From positions 8,192,001 to 8,256,000 of the forward strand of contig CP068257.2 of the NCBI GenBank assembly GCA_009914755.4: a stretch of DNA of 64,000 bases, written 5' to 3'. The notes under the pieces were generated by a model. It had not been told where the DNA came from and made no database searches. It saw only the letters and a list, made by a program, of their open reading frames with translations. Positions 27,801 to 40,529 of the stretch are shown piece by piece. The stretch is from the human T2T-CHM13v2.0 reference genome, Homo sapiens. How positions within the stretch are numbered: position 1 is the stretch's first letter; the number at the start of each line of letters is the position of its first letter. A program made the translations under genes and the position numbers.

Positions 27801-28785
27801 GCAGAAAGAGTTTTTCAAAGCTGCTCAATCAAAAGAAAAGTTCAACTCTTTGAGATGAATGCACACATCATGAAGTTCCTCAGAATGCTTCTATTTTTAT
27901 GTGAAGATATATCCTTTTCTACCATAGACCACAAAACTCTCCAAATATCCCCTTGCAGTTTCTACTAAAAGAGTGTTTCCAAACTGCTCAATCAAAAGAA
28001 AGTTTCAACTCTGTGAGATGAATGCACACATCATTAAGAAGTTTCTCAGTAATTTTCTGTCTAGTTTTTATGTGAAGATATTTCCTTTCCTACTATAGGC
28101 CTGAAAGTGCTGCAAATATCCGTTTGCAGATACTGCAAAAAGACTGTTTCCACACTGCTCAATCAAAGGAAATGTCCAACTCTGTGAGTTGAATGCACGC
28201 ATCTCAAAGAGATTACTTATAATGATTCTGTCTAGTTTTGATGTGAAGATATTTGCTTTTCCACCAGTGGCCTCAAACTCTCCAAATATCCACTTGCAGA
28301 TTCTACAATAAGAGTGTTTCAAAACTGCTCAATCAAAAGAAAGGTTCAACACTGTGAGATGAATGCACACGTCACAAAGCACTTTCTTAGAATGCTTCTG
28401 TCTAGCTTTTATGTGAAGATATTTCCTTTTTCACCATAGGCTGCAAAGCGCTCCAAATATCCCTTTCAGATTCTACAGAAAGAGTGTTTCAAAACTGTTC
28501 AATCAAAAGAGAAACTCAACACTGGTGATGAATGCACGCATCACAAAGCAGTTTCTCATAATGTTTCTGTCTAGTTTTTATGTGAAGATATTTCATTCTC
28601 CACTATAGGCCGTAATGCACTCCTAATATCCACTTGCAGATTCTACAAAAAGACTGTTTGCAAACTGCTCAAACAAAAGAAAAGTTCAACTCTGTGAGTT
28701 GAATGAGCACATCACAAAGAAGTTTCTCAGAATGCTTCTGTCTAGTTTTTATGTGAATATATTTCCTTTTCCACTATAGGCCGTC
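24871..28785. repeat. HOR copy 7, 23-mer, 3915 bp, haplotype III
   Basis: 3915-bp period. It carries a distinct SNV set ('gtgaggtgaatgagcacatccc', 'tttgcttttccacc', 'gcctcaaaaatgcgcaatc', 'cagatagtagaaaagacgg'). Confidence 0.85.
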
Positions 28786-31700
28786 ATGCGCTCCAAATAT
28801 CCACTTGCAGATTCTACAAAAAGACTGTTTCCAAACTGCTCAATCAAAAGAAAAGCTCAACTCTGTGAGGTGAATGAGCACATCCCAAAGAAGTTCCTCA
28901 GAATGCTTCTATCTAGTTTTTATGTGAATATATTTGCTTTTCCACCACAGGCCACAAACCCTCCAAATATCCACTTGAAGATTCTACAAAAAGAGTGCCT
29001 CAAAAATGCGCAATCAAAAGAAAGGTTCAACTCTTCGAGATGGACGCACACATCACAAAGAAGCTTCTCAGAATGTTTCTGTCTAGTTTTTTTGTAAAGA
29101 TATTTCCTTTTCCACCGTAGTCCTCAAGTCTCTCCAAATATCTACTTTCAGAATCTCCAAAAAGAGTGTTTTAAAACTGCTGTACCAAAGAAAGTTTCAT
29201 GTCGGAGATATGACTGCATACAACACAGAGAACTTTCTCAAAGTGCTTCTGTTTATTTTTCTTATGAAGATATTTCCTTTTCCACTATGGGCCACAGAGT
29301 GCTCCAAATATCCACTGGCAGATTCTACAAAAAGGGTGTTTCAAAACTGCTCAATCAATAGAAAGTTTGAAGTCTGTGAGATGAATGTACACATCACAAA
29401 GGAGTTTCTAAGAATGCTTCCATCTGAATTTTATGTGAGGATATTTCCTTTTTCACCATAGGCCTCAGTACACTCCAAATATCCATTTACAGATAATACA
29501 AATGACTGTATCCAAACTGCTCAATCAAAAGAAAGTTCAACTCTGTATGATGAATGCACACATCACAAGGGTGTTTCTCAGAAAGATTTTGTGTAGTTTT
29601 TAGGTGAAGATATTTCTTATTTCCCCAGAGGCCTCAATGGGCTCTCAAATATTCCCTTTCATATTCTACTAAATGACTGTATCGAAGCTGCTCAATCAAA
29701 AGACGGGTTTAACAGTGTGAGACGAAAATACACCTTCCTAGGAAGTTTCTCAGAATTCTTCTTTCTAGTTTTTTATGTGAAGATATTTCCTTTTCCACTA
29801 TAGGCCTCAAAGCGTTCCAAATATCCACTTGCAGAAACTACAAATAGAGCTTCTCAAAACTGCTCAATCAAAAGAAATGTTCAACTCTGTGAGATGAATG
29901 CAGACATCAAAAAGAAGTTTCTCAGAATGCTTCCGCGTTGTTTTTATGTGAAGATATTTCCTTTTCCACCATAGGCCTCAAAGCACTGGTAATATCCATT
30001 TGCAGATACTACAAAAAGACTGTCCCCAAACTGCTCAATAAAAAGAAAGTTTCAACTCTAGGAGATAAAAGCAAATATCACAAAGAAGTTTCTCAGAAAC
30101 TTTCTATCTAGTTTTTATGTGAACGTATTTCTTATCACCCCATAGACCTCAATCGGCTCACAAGTATCCTTCTGCAGATTGTAAAAAACTACTGTTTCCA
30201 AACCGCTCAATCACAGGAAAGGTTTAACTCTGTGAAATGAATGCATCCATCACAGAGAAGTTTCTCAGAATGCTTCCGTCTCGTTTCCATGTGAAGAAGA
30301 TTCCTTTTCCACCATATTCCTCATGCGCTCCAAATAAACACTTGCAGATTCCGCTAAAAGAGTGTTTCAAAACTGCTCAATCAAAAGAAAGGTTCTAGTC
30401 GGTGAGATGAATGCACACATCACAAAGAGGTTTCTATGAATGCTTCTGTCTGATTTATATTGAAGATATATCCTTTTTCACCGTAGGCCTCAGAGTGCTT
30501 AAAATATCCATTTGCAGATAGTAGAAAAGACGGTTTCCAAACTGCTCAATCAAAGTAAAGTTCAACTCAGTGAGATGAATGCACACATCACCAAGACGTT
30601 TCTGAGAAAGATTCTGTCTCGTTTTTATGTGAAGATATTTCCTGTTTCCCCAGAGGCATCAATGGGCTCACAAATATTCCTTTGCATATTCTACAAAATG
30701 ACTGTTTAGAAGGTGCTCAATCAAAAAAAAAGTTCAACAGTGTGAGATGAATGCGCCCATTCAAAGGAAGTTTCTCAGAATTCTTCTATCTAGTTTTTAT
30801 GTGAAGATATTTCCTTTTTCACTATAGGCCACAAAGTGCTCCAAATATCCACTTGCAGACTCTACAAAACGAGTGTATCCACACTGCTCAATCAAAAGAA
30901 AATTTCAACTGTGTGAGATGAATGCACACATCAAAATAAATTTCTCCAAAACTTCTGCCTACTTTTTATGGGAAGATATTTCGTTTTTCAACGTAGGCCA
31001 AAAGCACTCCAAATATCAATTTGCAGATTCTACAAAAAGACTGTTTCCAAACTGCTCAATCAACAGAAAGTTTCAACCCGGTGAGTAGAAGTCACACATG
31101 ACAAAATAGTTTCTCAGAAAGTATCTGTCTAGTTTTTATGTGAAGATATTTCCTATCACCCCAGAAGCCTCAATGGGCTCACAAATATTCCTTTGCAGAT
31201 TCTACAAAACGACAGTTTCAAAACTGCTGAATCAAAAGAAAGGTTCAACTCTGTGAGATGAATGCACAGATCACAAATAAGTTTCTCAGAATGCTGCTGT
31301 CTAGTTTTTATGGGAAGAGATTTCCTTTTCCACCATAGGCCTCAAAGCTCTCCAAATAGCCATTTGCAGATACTGTAAAAAGACTGTTTCCAAACTGCTG
31401 AATCAAAAGAAAGGTTGAACTCCATGAGTTGAATGCACACGTCACAAAGAAGTTTCTCAGAATGCTTCTGACTAGTTTTTATGTGAAGATATTTTCTTTT
31501 CCACCATAGGCCTCAAAGCGCTGAAAATATCCACTTGAAGATTCTACAGAAAGAGAGTTTCAAAACTGCTCAAACAAAAGAAAGATTCAACTCTGTGAGA
31601 TGAATGCACACATCACAAAGAAGTTTCTCAGAATGCTTCTGTCTAGTTTTATGTAAAGATATTTCCTTTTCTACTATAGGCCACAAAGCATTCCAAATAT

Positions 31701-32700
31701 CAACTTGCAGATTCTGCAGAAAGAGTTTTTCAAAGCTGCTCAGTCAAAAGACAAGTTCAACTCTTTGAGATGAATGCACACATCATGAAGTTCCTCAGAA
31801 TGCTTCTATTTTTATGTGAAGATATATCCTTTTCTACCATAGACCACAAAACGCTCCAAATATCCCCTTGCAGTTTCTACTAAAAGAGTGTTTCCAAACG
31901 GCTCAATCAAAAGAAAGTTTCAACTCTGTGAGATGAATGCACACATCATTAAGAAGTGTCTCAGTAATTTTCTGTCTAGTTTTTATGTGAAGATATTTCC
32001 TTTCCTACTATAGGCCTGAAAGTGCTGCAAATATCCGTTTGCAGATACTGCAAAAAGACTGTTTCCACACTGCTCAATCAAAGGAAATGTCCAACTCTGT
32101 GAGTTGAATGCACGCATCTCAAAGAGATTACTTATAATGATTCTGTCTGGTTTTGATGTGAAGATATTTGCTTTTCCACCAGTGGCCTCAAACTCTCCAA
32201 ATATCCACTTGCAGATTCTACAATAAGAGTGTTTCAAAACTGCTCAATCAAAAGAAAGGTTCAACACTGTGAGATGAATGCACACGTCACAAAGCACTTT
32301 CTTAGAATGCTTCTGTCTAGCTTTTATGTGAAGATATTTCCTTTTTCACCATAGGCTGCAAAGCGCTCCAAATATCCCTTTCAGATTCTACAGAAAGAGT
32401 ATTTCAAAACTGTTCAATCAAAAGAGAAACTCAACTCTGGTGATGAATGCACGCATCACAAAGCAGTTTCTCATAATGTTTCTGTCTAGTTTTTATGTGA
32501 AGATATTTCATTCTCCACTATAGGCCGTAATGCACTCCTAATATCCACTTGCAGATTCTACAAAAAGACTGTTTGCAAACTGCTCAAACAAAAGAAAAGT
32601 TCAACTCTGTGAGTTGAATGAGCACATCACAAAGAAGTTTCTCAGAATGCTTCTGTCTAGTTTTTATGTGAATATATTTCCTTTTCCACTATAGGCCGTC
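28786..32700. repeat. HOR copy 8, 23-mer, 3915 bp, haplotype III
   Basis: Near-identical to copy 7, with a private 'aagaaatgttcaac' variant at ~29875. Confidence 0.85.
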
Positions 32701-35700
32701 ATGCGCTCCAAATATCCACTTGCAGATTCTACAAAAAGACTGTTTCCAAACTGCTCAATCAAAAGAAAAGCTCAACTCTGTGAGTTGAATGAGCACATCA
32801 CAAAGAAGTTTCTCAGAATGCTTCTATCTAGTTTTTATGTGAATATATTTCCTTTTCCACCACAGGCCACAAACCCTCCAAATATCCACTTGAAGATTCT
32901 ACAAAAAGAGTGCTTCAAAAATACTCAATCAAAAGAAAGGTTCAACTCTTCGAGATGGACGCACACATCACAAAGAAGCTTCTCAGAATGTTTCTGTCTA
33001 GTTTTTTTGTGAAGATATTTCCTTTTCCACTGAAGTCCTCAAGTCTCTCCAACTATCTACTTTCAGAATCTCCAAAAAGAGTGTTTTAAATCTGCTGTAC
33101 CAAAGAAAGTTTCATGTCTGAGATATGACTGCATACAACACAGAGAACTTTCTCAAAGTGCTTCTGTTTATTTTTCTTATGAAGATATTTCCTTTTCCAC
33201 TATGGGCCACAGAGCGCTCCAAATATCCACTGGCAGATTCTACAAAAAGAGTGTTTCAAAACTGCTCAATCAATAGAAAGTTTGAAGTCTGTGAGATGAA
33301 TGTGCACATCACAAAGGAGTTTCTAAGAATGCTTCCATCTGAATTTTATGTGAGGATATTTCCTTTTTCACCATAGGCCTCAATACACTCCAAATATCCA
33401 TTTACAGATAATACAAATGACTGTATCCAAACTGCTCAATCAAAAGAAAGTTCAACTGTGCATGATGAATGCACACATCACAAGGGTGTTTCTCAGAAAG
33501 ATTTTGTCTTGTTTTTAGGTGAAGATATTTCTTATTTCCCCAGAGGCCTCAATGGGCTCTCAAATATTCCCTTTCATATTCTACTAAATGACTGTATCGA
33601 AGCTGCTCAATCAAAAGACGGGTTTAACAGTGTGAGACGAAAATACACCTTCCTAGGAAGTTTCTCAGAATTCTTCTTTCTAGTTTTTTATGTGAAGATA
33701 TTTCCTTTTCCACTATAGGCCTCAAAGCGTTCCAAATATCCACTTGCAGATACTACAAATAGAGCGTTTCAAAACTGCTCAATCAAAAGAAATGTTCAAC
33801 TCTGTGAGATGAATGCAGACATCAAAAAGAAGTTTCTCAGAATGCTTCCGCGTTGTTTTTATGTGAAGATATTTCCTTTTCCACCATAGGCCTCAAAGCA
33901 CTGGTAATATCCATTTGCAGATACTACAAAAAGACTGTCCCCAAACTGCTCAATAAAAAGAAAGTTTCAACTCTAGGAGATAAAAGCAAATATCACAAAG
34001 AAGTTTCTCAGAAACTTTCTATCTAGTTTTTATGTGAACGTATTTATTATCACCCCATAGACCTCAATCGGCTCACAAGTATCCTTCTGCAGATTGTAAA
34101 AAACTACTGTTTCCAAACCGCTCAATCACAGGAAAGGTTTAACTCTGTGAAATGAATGCATCCATCACAGAGAAGTTTCTCAGAATGCTTCCGTCTCGTT
34201 TCCATGTGAAGAAGATTCCTTTTCCACCATATTCCTCATGCGCTCCAAATAAACACTTGCAGATTCCGCTAAAAGAGTGTTTCAAAACTGCTCAATCAAA
34301 AGAAAGGTTCTAGTCGGTGAGATGAATGCACACATCACAAAGAGGTTTCTATGAATGCTTCTGTCTGATTTATATTGAAGATATATCCTTTTTCACCGTA
34401 GGCCTCAGAGTGCTTAAAATATCCATTTGCAGATAGTAGAAAAGACGGTTTCCAAACTGCTCAATCAAAGTAAAGTTCAACTCAGTGAGATGAATGCACA
34501 CATCACCAAGACGTTTCTGAGAAAGATTCTGTCTCGTTTTTATGTGAAGATATTTCCTGTTTCCCCAGAGGCATCAATGGGCTCACAAATATTCCTTTGC
34601 ATATTCTACAAAATGACTGTTTAGAAGGTGCTCAATCAAAAAAAAAGTTCAACAGTGTGAGATGAATGCGCCCATTCAAAGGAAGTTTCTCAGAATTCTT
34701 CTATCTAGTTTTTATGTGAAGATATTTCCTTTTTCACTATAGGCCACAAAGTGCTCCAAATATCCACTTGCAGACTCTACAAAACGAGTGTATCCACACT
34801 GCTCAATCAAAAGAAAATTTCAACTGTGTGAGATGAATGCACACATCAAAATAAATTTCTCCAAAACTTCTGCCTACTTTTTATGGGAAGATATTTCGTT
34901 TTTCAACGTAGGCCAAAAGCACTCCAAATATCAATTTGCAGATTCTACAAAAAGACTGTTTCCAAACTGCTCAATCAACAGAAAGTTTCAACCCGGTGAG
35001 TAGAAGTCACACATGACAAAATAGTTTCTCAGAAAGTATCTGTCTAGTTTTTATGTGAAGATATTTCCTATCACCCCAGAAGCCTCAATGGGCTCACAAA
35101 TATTCCTTTGCAGATTCTACAAAACGACAGTTTCAAAACTGCTGAATCAAAAGAAAGGTTCAACTCTGTGAGATGAATGCACAGATCACAAATAAGTTTC
35201 TCAGAATGCTGCTGTCTAGTTTTTATGGGAAGAGATTTCCTTTTCCACCATAGGCCTCAAAGCTCTCCAAATAGCCATTTGCAGATACTGTAAAAAGACT
35301 GTTTCCAAACTGCTGAATCAAAAGAAAGGTTGAACTCCATGAGTTGAATGCACACGTCACAAAGAAGTTTCTCAGAATGCTTCTGACTAGTTTTTATGTG
35401 AAGATATTTTCTTTTCCACCATAGGCCTCAAAGCGCTGAAAATATCCACTTGAAGATTCTACAGAAAGAGAGTTTCAAAACTGCTCAAACAAAAGAAAGA
35501 TTCAACTCTGTGAGATGAATGCACACATCACAAAGAAGTTTCTCAGAATGCTTCTGTCTAGTTTTATGTAAAGATATTTCCTTTTCTACTATAGGCCACA
35601 AAGCATTCCAAATATCAACTTGCAGATTCTGCAGAAAGAGTTTTTCAAAGCTGCTCAATCAAAAGAAAAGTTCAACTCTTTGAGATGAATGCACACATCA

Positions 35701-36615
35701 TGAAGTTCCTCAGAATGCTTCTATTTTTATGTGAAGATATATCCTTTTCTACCATAGACCACAAAACTCTCCAAATATCCCCTTGCAGTTTCTACTAAAA
35801 GAGTGTTTCCAAACTGCTCAATCAAAAGAAAGTTTCAACTCTGTGAGATGAATGCACACATCATTAAGAAGTTTCTCAGTAATTTTCTGTCTAGTTTTTA
35901 TGTGAAGATATTTCCTTTCCTACTATAGGCCTGAAAGTGCTGCAAATATCCGTTTGCAGATACTGCAAAAAGACTGTTTCCACACTGCTCAATCAAAGGA
36001 AATGTCCAACTCTGTGAGTTGAATGCACGCATCTCAAAGAGATTACTTATAATGATTCTGTCTAGTTTTGATGTGAAGATATTTGCTTTTCCACCAGTGG
36101 CCTCAAACTCTCCAAATATCCACTTGCAGATTCTACAATAAGAGTGTTTCAAAACTGCTCAATCAAAAGAAAGGTTCAACACTGTGAGATGAATGCACAC
36201 GTCACAAAGCACTTTCTTAGAATGCTTCTGTCTAGCTTTTATGTGAAGATATTTCCTTTTTCACCATAGGCTGCAAAGCGCTCCAAATATCCCTTTCAGA
36301 TTCTACAGAAAGAGTGTTTCAAAACTGTTCAATCAAAAGAGAAACTCAACACTGGTGATGAATGCACGCATCACAAAGCAGTTTCTCATAATGTTTCTGT
36401 CTAGTTTTTATGTGAAGATATTTCATTCTCCACTATAGGCCGTAATGCACTCCTAATATCCACTTGCAGATTCTACAAAAAGACTGTTTGCAAACTGCTC
36501 AAACAAAAGAAAAGTTCAACTCTGTGAGTTGAATGAGCACATCACAAAGAAGTTTCTCAGAATGCTTCTGTCTAGTTTTTATGTGAATATATTTCCTTTT
36601 CCACTATAGGCCGTC
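32701..36615. repeat. HOR copy 9, 23-mer, 3915 bp, hybrid: haplotype I (5') / haplotype III copy-8-like (3')
   Basis: Monomers 1 to ~6 carry haplotype-I SNVs. From ~33790 onward the SNVs are haplotype III, including the copy-8-specific 'aaatgttc' and 'ccgcgttg'. Confidence 0.8.
33760..33800. other. Haplotype switch (unequal crossover or gene-conversion breakpoint) inside HOR copy 9
   Basis: Upstream is 'gcagatactacaaatagagcgtttcaaaac' (haplotype I; haplotype III has 'gcagaaactacaaatagagcttctcaaaac'). Downstream is 'aagaaatgttcaac…ccgcgttg' (haplotype III, copy-8 type; haplotype I has 'aaaggttc…ccgccttg'). Confidence 0.7.
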
Positions 36616-39600
36616 ATGCGCTCCAAATATCCACTTGCAGATTCTACAAAAAGACTGTTTCCAAACTGCTCAATCAAAAGAAAAGCTCAACTCTGTGAGG
36701 TGAATGAGCACATCCCAAAGAAGTTCCTCAGAATGCTTCTATCTAGTTTTTATGTGAATATATTTGCTTTTCCACCACAGGCCACAAACCCTCCAAATAT
36801 CCACTTGAAGATTCTACAAAAAGAGTGCCTCAAAAATGCGCAATCAAAAGAAAGGTTCAACTCTTCGAGATGGACGCACACATCACAAAGAAGCTTCTCA
36901 GAATGTTTCTGTCTAGTTTTTTTGTAAAGATATTTCCTTTTCCACCGTAGTCCTCAAGTCTCTCCAAATATCTACTTTCAGAATCTCCAAAAAGAGTGTT
37001 TTAAAACTGCTGTACCAAAGAAAGTTTCATGTCGGAGATATGACTGCATACAACACAGAGAACTTTCTCAAAGTGCTTCTGTTTATTTTTCTTATGAAGA
37101 TATTTCCTTTTCCACTATGGGCCACAGAGTGCTCCAAATATCCACTGGCAGATTCTACAAAAAGGGTGTTTCAAAACTGCTCAATCAATAGAAAGTTTGA
37201 AGTCTGTGAGATGAATGTACACATCACAAAGGAGTTTCTAAGAATGCTTCCATCTGAATTTTATGTGAGGATATTTCCTTTTTCACCATAGGCCTCAGTA
37301 CACTCCAAATATCCATTTACAGATAATACAAATGACTGTATCCAAACTGCTCAATCAAAAGAAAGTTCAACTGTGTATGATGAATGCACACATCACAAGG
37401 GTGTTTCTCAGAAAGATTTTGTGTAGTTTTTAGGTGAAGATATTTCTTATTTCCCCAGAGGCCTCAATGGGCTCTCAAATATTCCCTTTCATATTCTACT
37501 AAATGACTGTATCGAAGCTGCTCAATCAAAAGACGGGTTTAACAGTGTGAGACGAAAATACACCTTCCTAGGAAGTTTCTCAGAATTCTTATTTCTAGTT
37601 TTTTATGTGAAGATATTTCCTTTTCCACTATAGGCCTCAAAGCGTTCCAAATATCCACTTGCAGAAACTACAAATAGAGCTTCTCAAAACTGCTCAATCA
37701 AAAGAAAGGTTCAACACTGTGAGATGAATGCAGATATCAAAAAGAAGTTTCTCAGAATGCTTCCGCGTTGTTTTTATGTGAAGATATTTCCTTTTCCACC
37801 ATAGGCCTCAAAGCACTGGTAATATCCATTTGCAGATACTACAAAAAGACTGTCCCCAAACTGCTCAATAAAAAGAAAGTTTCAACTCTAGGAGATAAAA
37901 GCAAATATCACAAAGAAGTTTCTCAGAAACTTTCTATCTAGTTTTTATGTGAACGTATTTATTATCACCCCATAGACCTCAATCGGCTCACAAGTATCCT
38001 TCTGCAGATTGTAAAAAACTACTGTTTCCAAACTGCTCAATCACAGGAAAGGTTTAACTCTGTGAAATGAATGCATCCATCACAGAGAAGTTTCTCAGAA
38101 TGCTTCCGTCTCGTTTCCATGTGAAGAAGATTCCTTTTCCACCATATTCCTCATGCGCTCCAAATAAACACTTGCAGATTCCGCTAAAAGAGTGTTTCAA
38201 AACTGCTCAATCAAAAGAAAGGTTCTAGTCGGTGAGATGAATGCCCACATCACAAAGAGGTTTCTATGAATGCTTCTGTCTGATTTATATTGAAGATATT
38301 TCCTTTTTCACCGTAGGCCTCAGAGTGCTTAAAATATCCATTTGCAGATAGTAGAAAAGACGGTTTCCAAACTGCTCAATCAAAGTAAAGTTCAACTCAG
38401 TGAGATGAATGCACACATCACCAAGACGTTTCTGAGAAAGATTCTGTCTCGTTTTTATGTGAAGATATTTCCTGTTTCCCCAGAGGCATCAATGGGCTCA
38501 CAAATATTCCTTTGCATATTCTACAAAATGACTGTTTAGAAGGTGCTCAATCAAAAAAAAAGTTCAACAGTGTGAGATGAATGCGCCCATTCAAAGGAAG
38601 TTTCTCAGAATTCTTCTATCTAGTTTTTATGTGAAGATATTTCCTTTTTCACTATAGGCCACAAAGTGCTCCAAATATCCACTTGCAGACTCTACAAAAC
38701 GAGTGTATCCACACTGCTCAATCAAAAGAAAATTTCAACTGTGTGAGATGAATGCACACATCAAAATAAATTTCTCCAAAACTTCTGCCTACTTTTTATG
38801 GGAAGATATTTCGTTTTTCAACGTAGGCCAAAAGCACTCCAAATATCAATTTGCAGATTCTACAAAAAGACTGTTTCCAAACTGCTCAATCAACAGAAAG
38901 TTTCAACCCGGTGAGTAGAAGTCACACATGACAAAATAGTTTCTCAGAAAGTATCTGTCTAGTTTTTATGTGAAGATATTTCCTATCACCCCAGAAGCCT
39001 CAATGGGCTCACAAATATTCCTTTGCAGATTCTACAAAACGACAGTTTCAAAACTGCTGAATCAAAAGAAAGGTTCAACTCTGTGAGATGAATGCACAGA
39101 TCACAAATAAGTTTCTCAGAATGCTGCTGTCTAGTTTTTATGGGAAGAGATTTCCTTTTCCACCATAGGCCTCAAAGCTCTCCAAATAGCCATTTGCAGA
39201 TACTGTAAAAAGACTGTTTCCAAACTGCTGAATCAAAAGAAAGGTTGAACTCCATGAGTTGAATGCACACGTCACAAAGAAGTTTCTCAGAATGCTTCTG
39301 TCTAGTTTTTATGGGAAGATATTTTCTTTTCCACCATAGGCCTCAAAGCGCTGAAAATATCCACTTGAAGATTCTACAGAAAGAGAGTTTCAAAACTGCT
39401 CAAACAAAAGAAAGATTCAACTCTGTGAGATGAATGCACACATCACAAAGAAGTTTCTCAGAATGCTTCTGTCTAGTTTTATGTAAAGATATTTCCTTTT
39501 CTACTATAGGCCACAAAGCACTCCAAATATCAACTTGCAGATTCTGCAGAAAGAGTTTTTCAAAGCTGCTCAATCAAAAGAAAAGTTCAACTCTTTGAGA

Positions 39601-40529
39601 TGAATGCACACATCATGAAGTTCCTCAGAATGCTTCTATTTTTATGTGAAGATATATCCTTTTCTACCATAGACCACAAAACGCTCCAAATATCCCCTTG
39701 CAGTTTCTACTAAAAGAGTGTTTCCAAACGGCTCAATCAAAAGAAAGTTTCAACTCTGTGAGATAAATGCACACATCATTAAGAAGTTTCTCAGTAATTT
39801 TCTGTCTAGTTTTTATGTGAAGATATTTCCTTTCCTACTATAGGCCTGAAAGTGCTGCAAATATCCGTTTGCAGATACTGCAAAAAGACTGTTTCCACAC
39901 TGCTCAATCAAAGGAAATGTCCAACTCTGTGAGTTGAATGCACGCATCACAGAGAGATTATTTCTAATGATTCTGTCTAGTTTTGATGTGAAGATATTTG
40001 CTTTTCCACCAGTGGCCTCAAACTCTCCAAATATCCACTTGCAGATTCTACAATAAGAGTGTTTCAAAACTGCTCAATCAAAGAAAGGTTCAACACTGTG
40101 AGATGAATGCACACGTCACAAAGCACTTTCTTAGAATGCTTCTGTCTAGCTTTTATGTGAAGATATTTCCTTTTTCACCATAGGCTGCAAAGCGCTCCAA
40201 ATATCCCTTTCAGATTCTACAGAAAGAGTGTTTCAAAACTGTTCAATCAAAAGAGAAACTCAACTCTGGTGATGAATGCACGCATCACAAAGCAGTTTCT
40301 CATAATGTTTCTGTCTAGTTTTTATGTGAAGATATTTCATTCTCCACTATAGGCCGTAATGCACTCCTAATATCCACTTGCAGATTCTACAAAAAGACTG
40401 TTTGCAAACTGCTCAAACAAAAGAAAAGTTCAACTCTGTGAGTTGAATGAGCACATCACAAAGAAGTTTCTCAGAATGCTTCTGTCTAGTTTTTATGTGA
40501 ATATATTTCCTTTTCCACTATAGGCCGTC
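36616..40529. repeat. HOR copy 10, 23-mer, 3914 bp, haplotype III
   Basis: 3914-bp period; ORF peptides are identical to copies 7 and 8. Confidence 0.85.
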
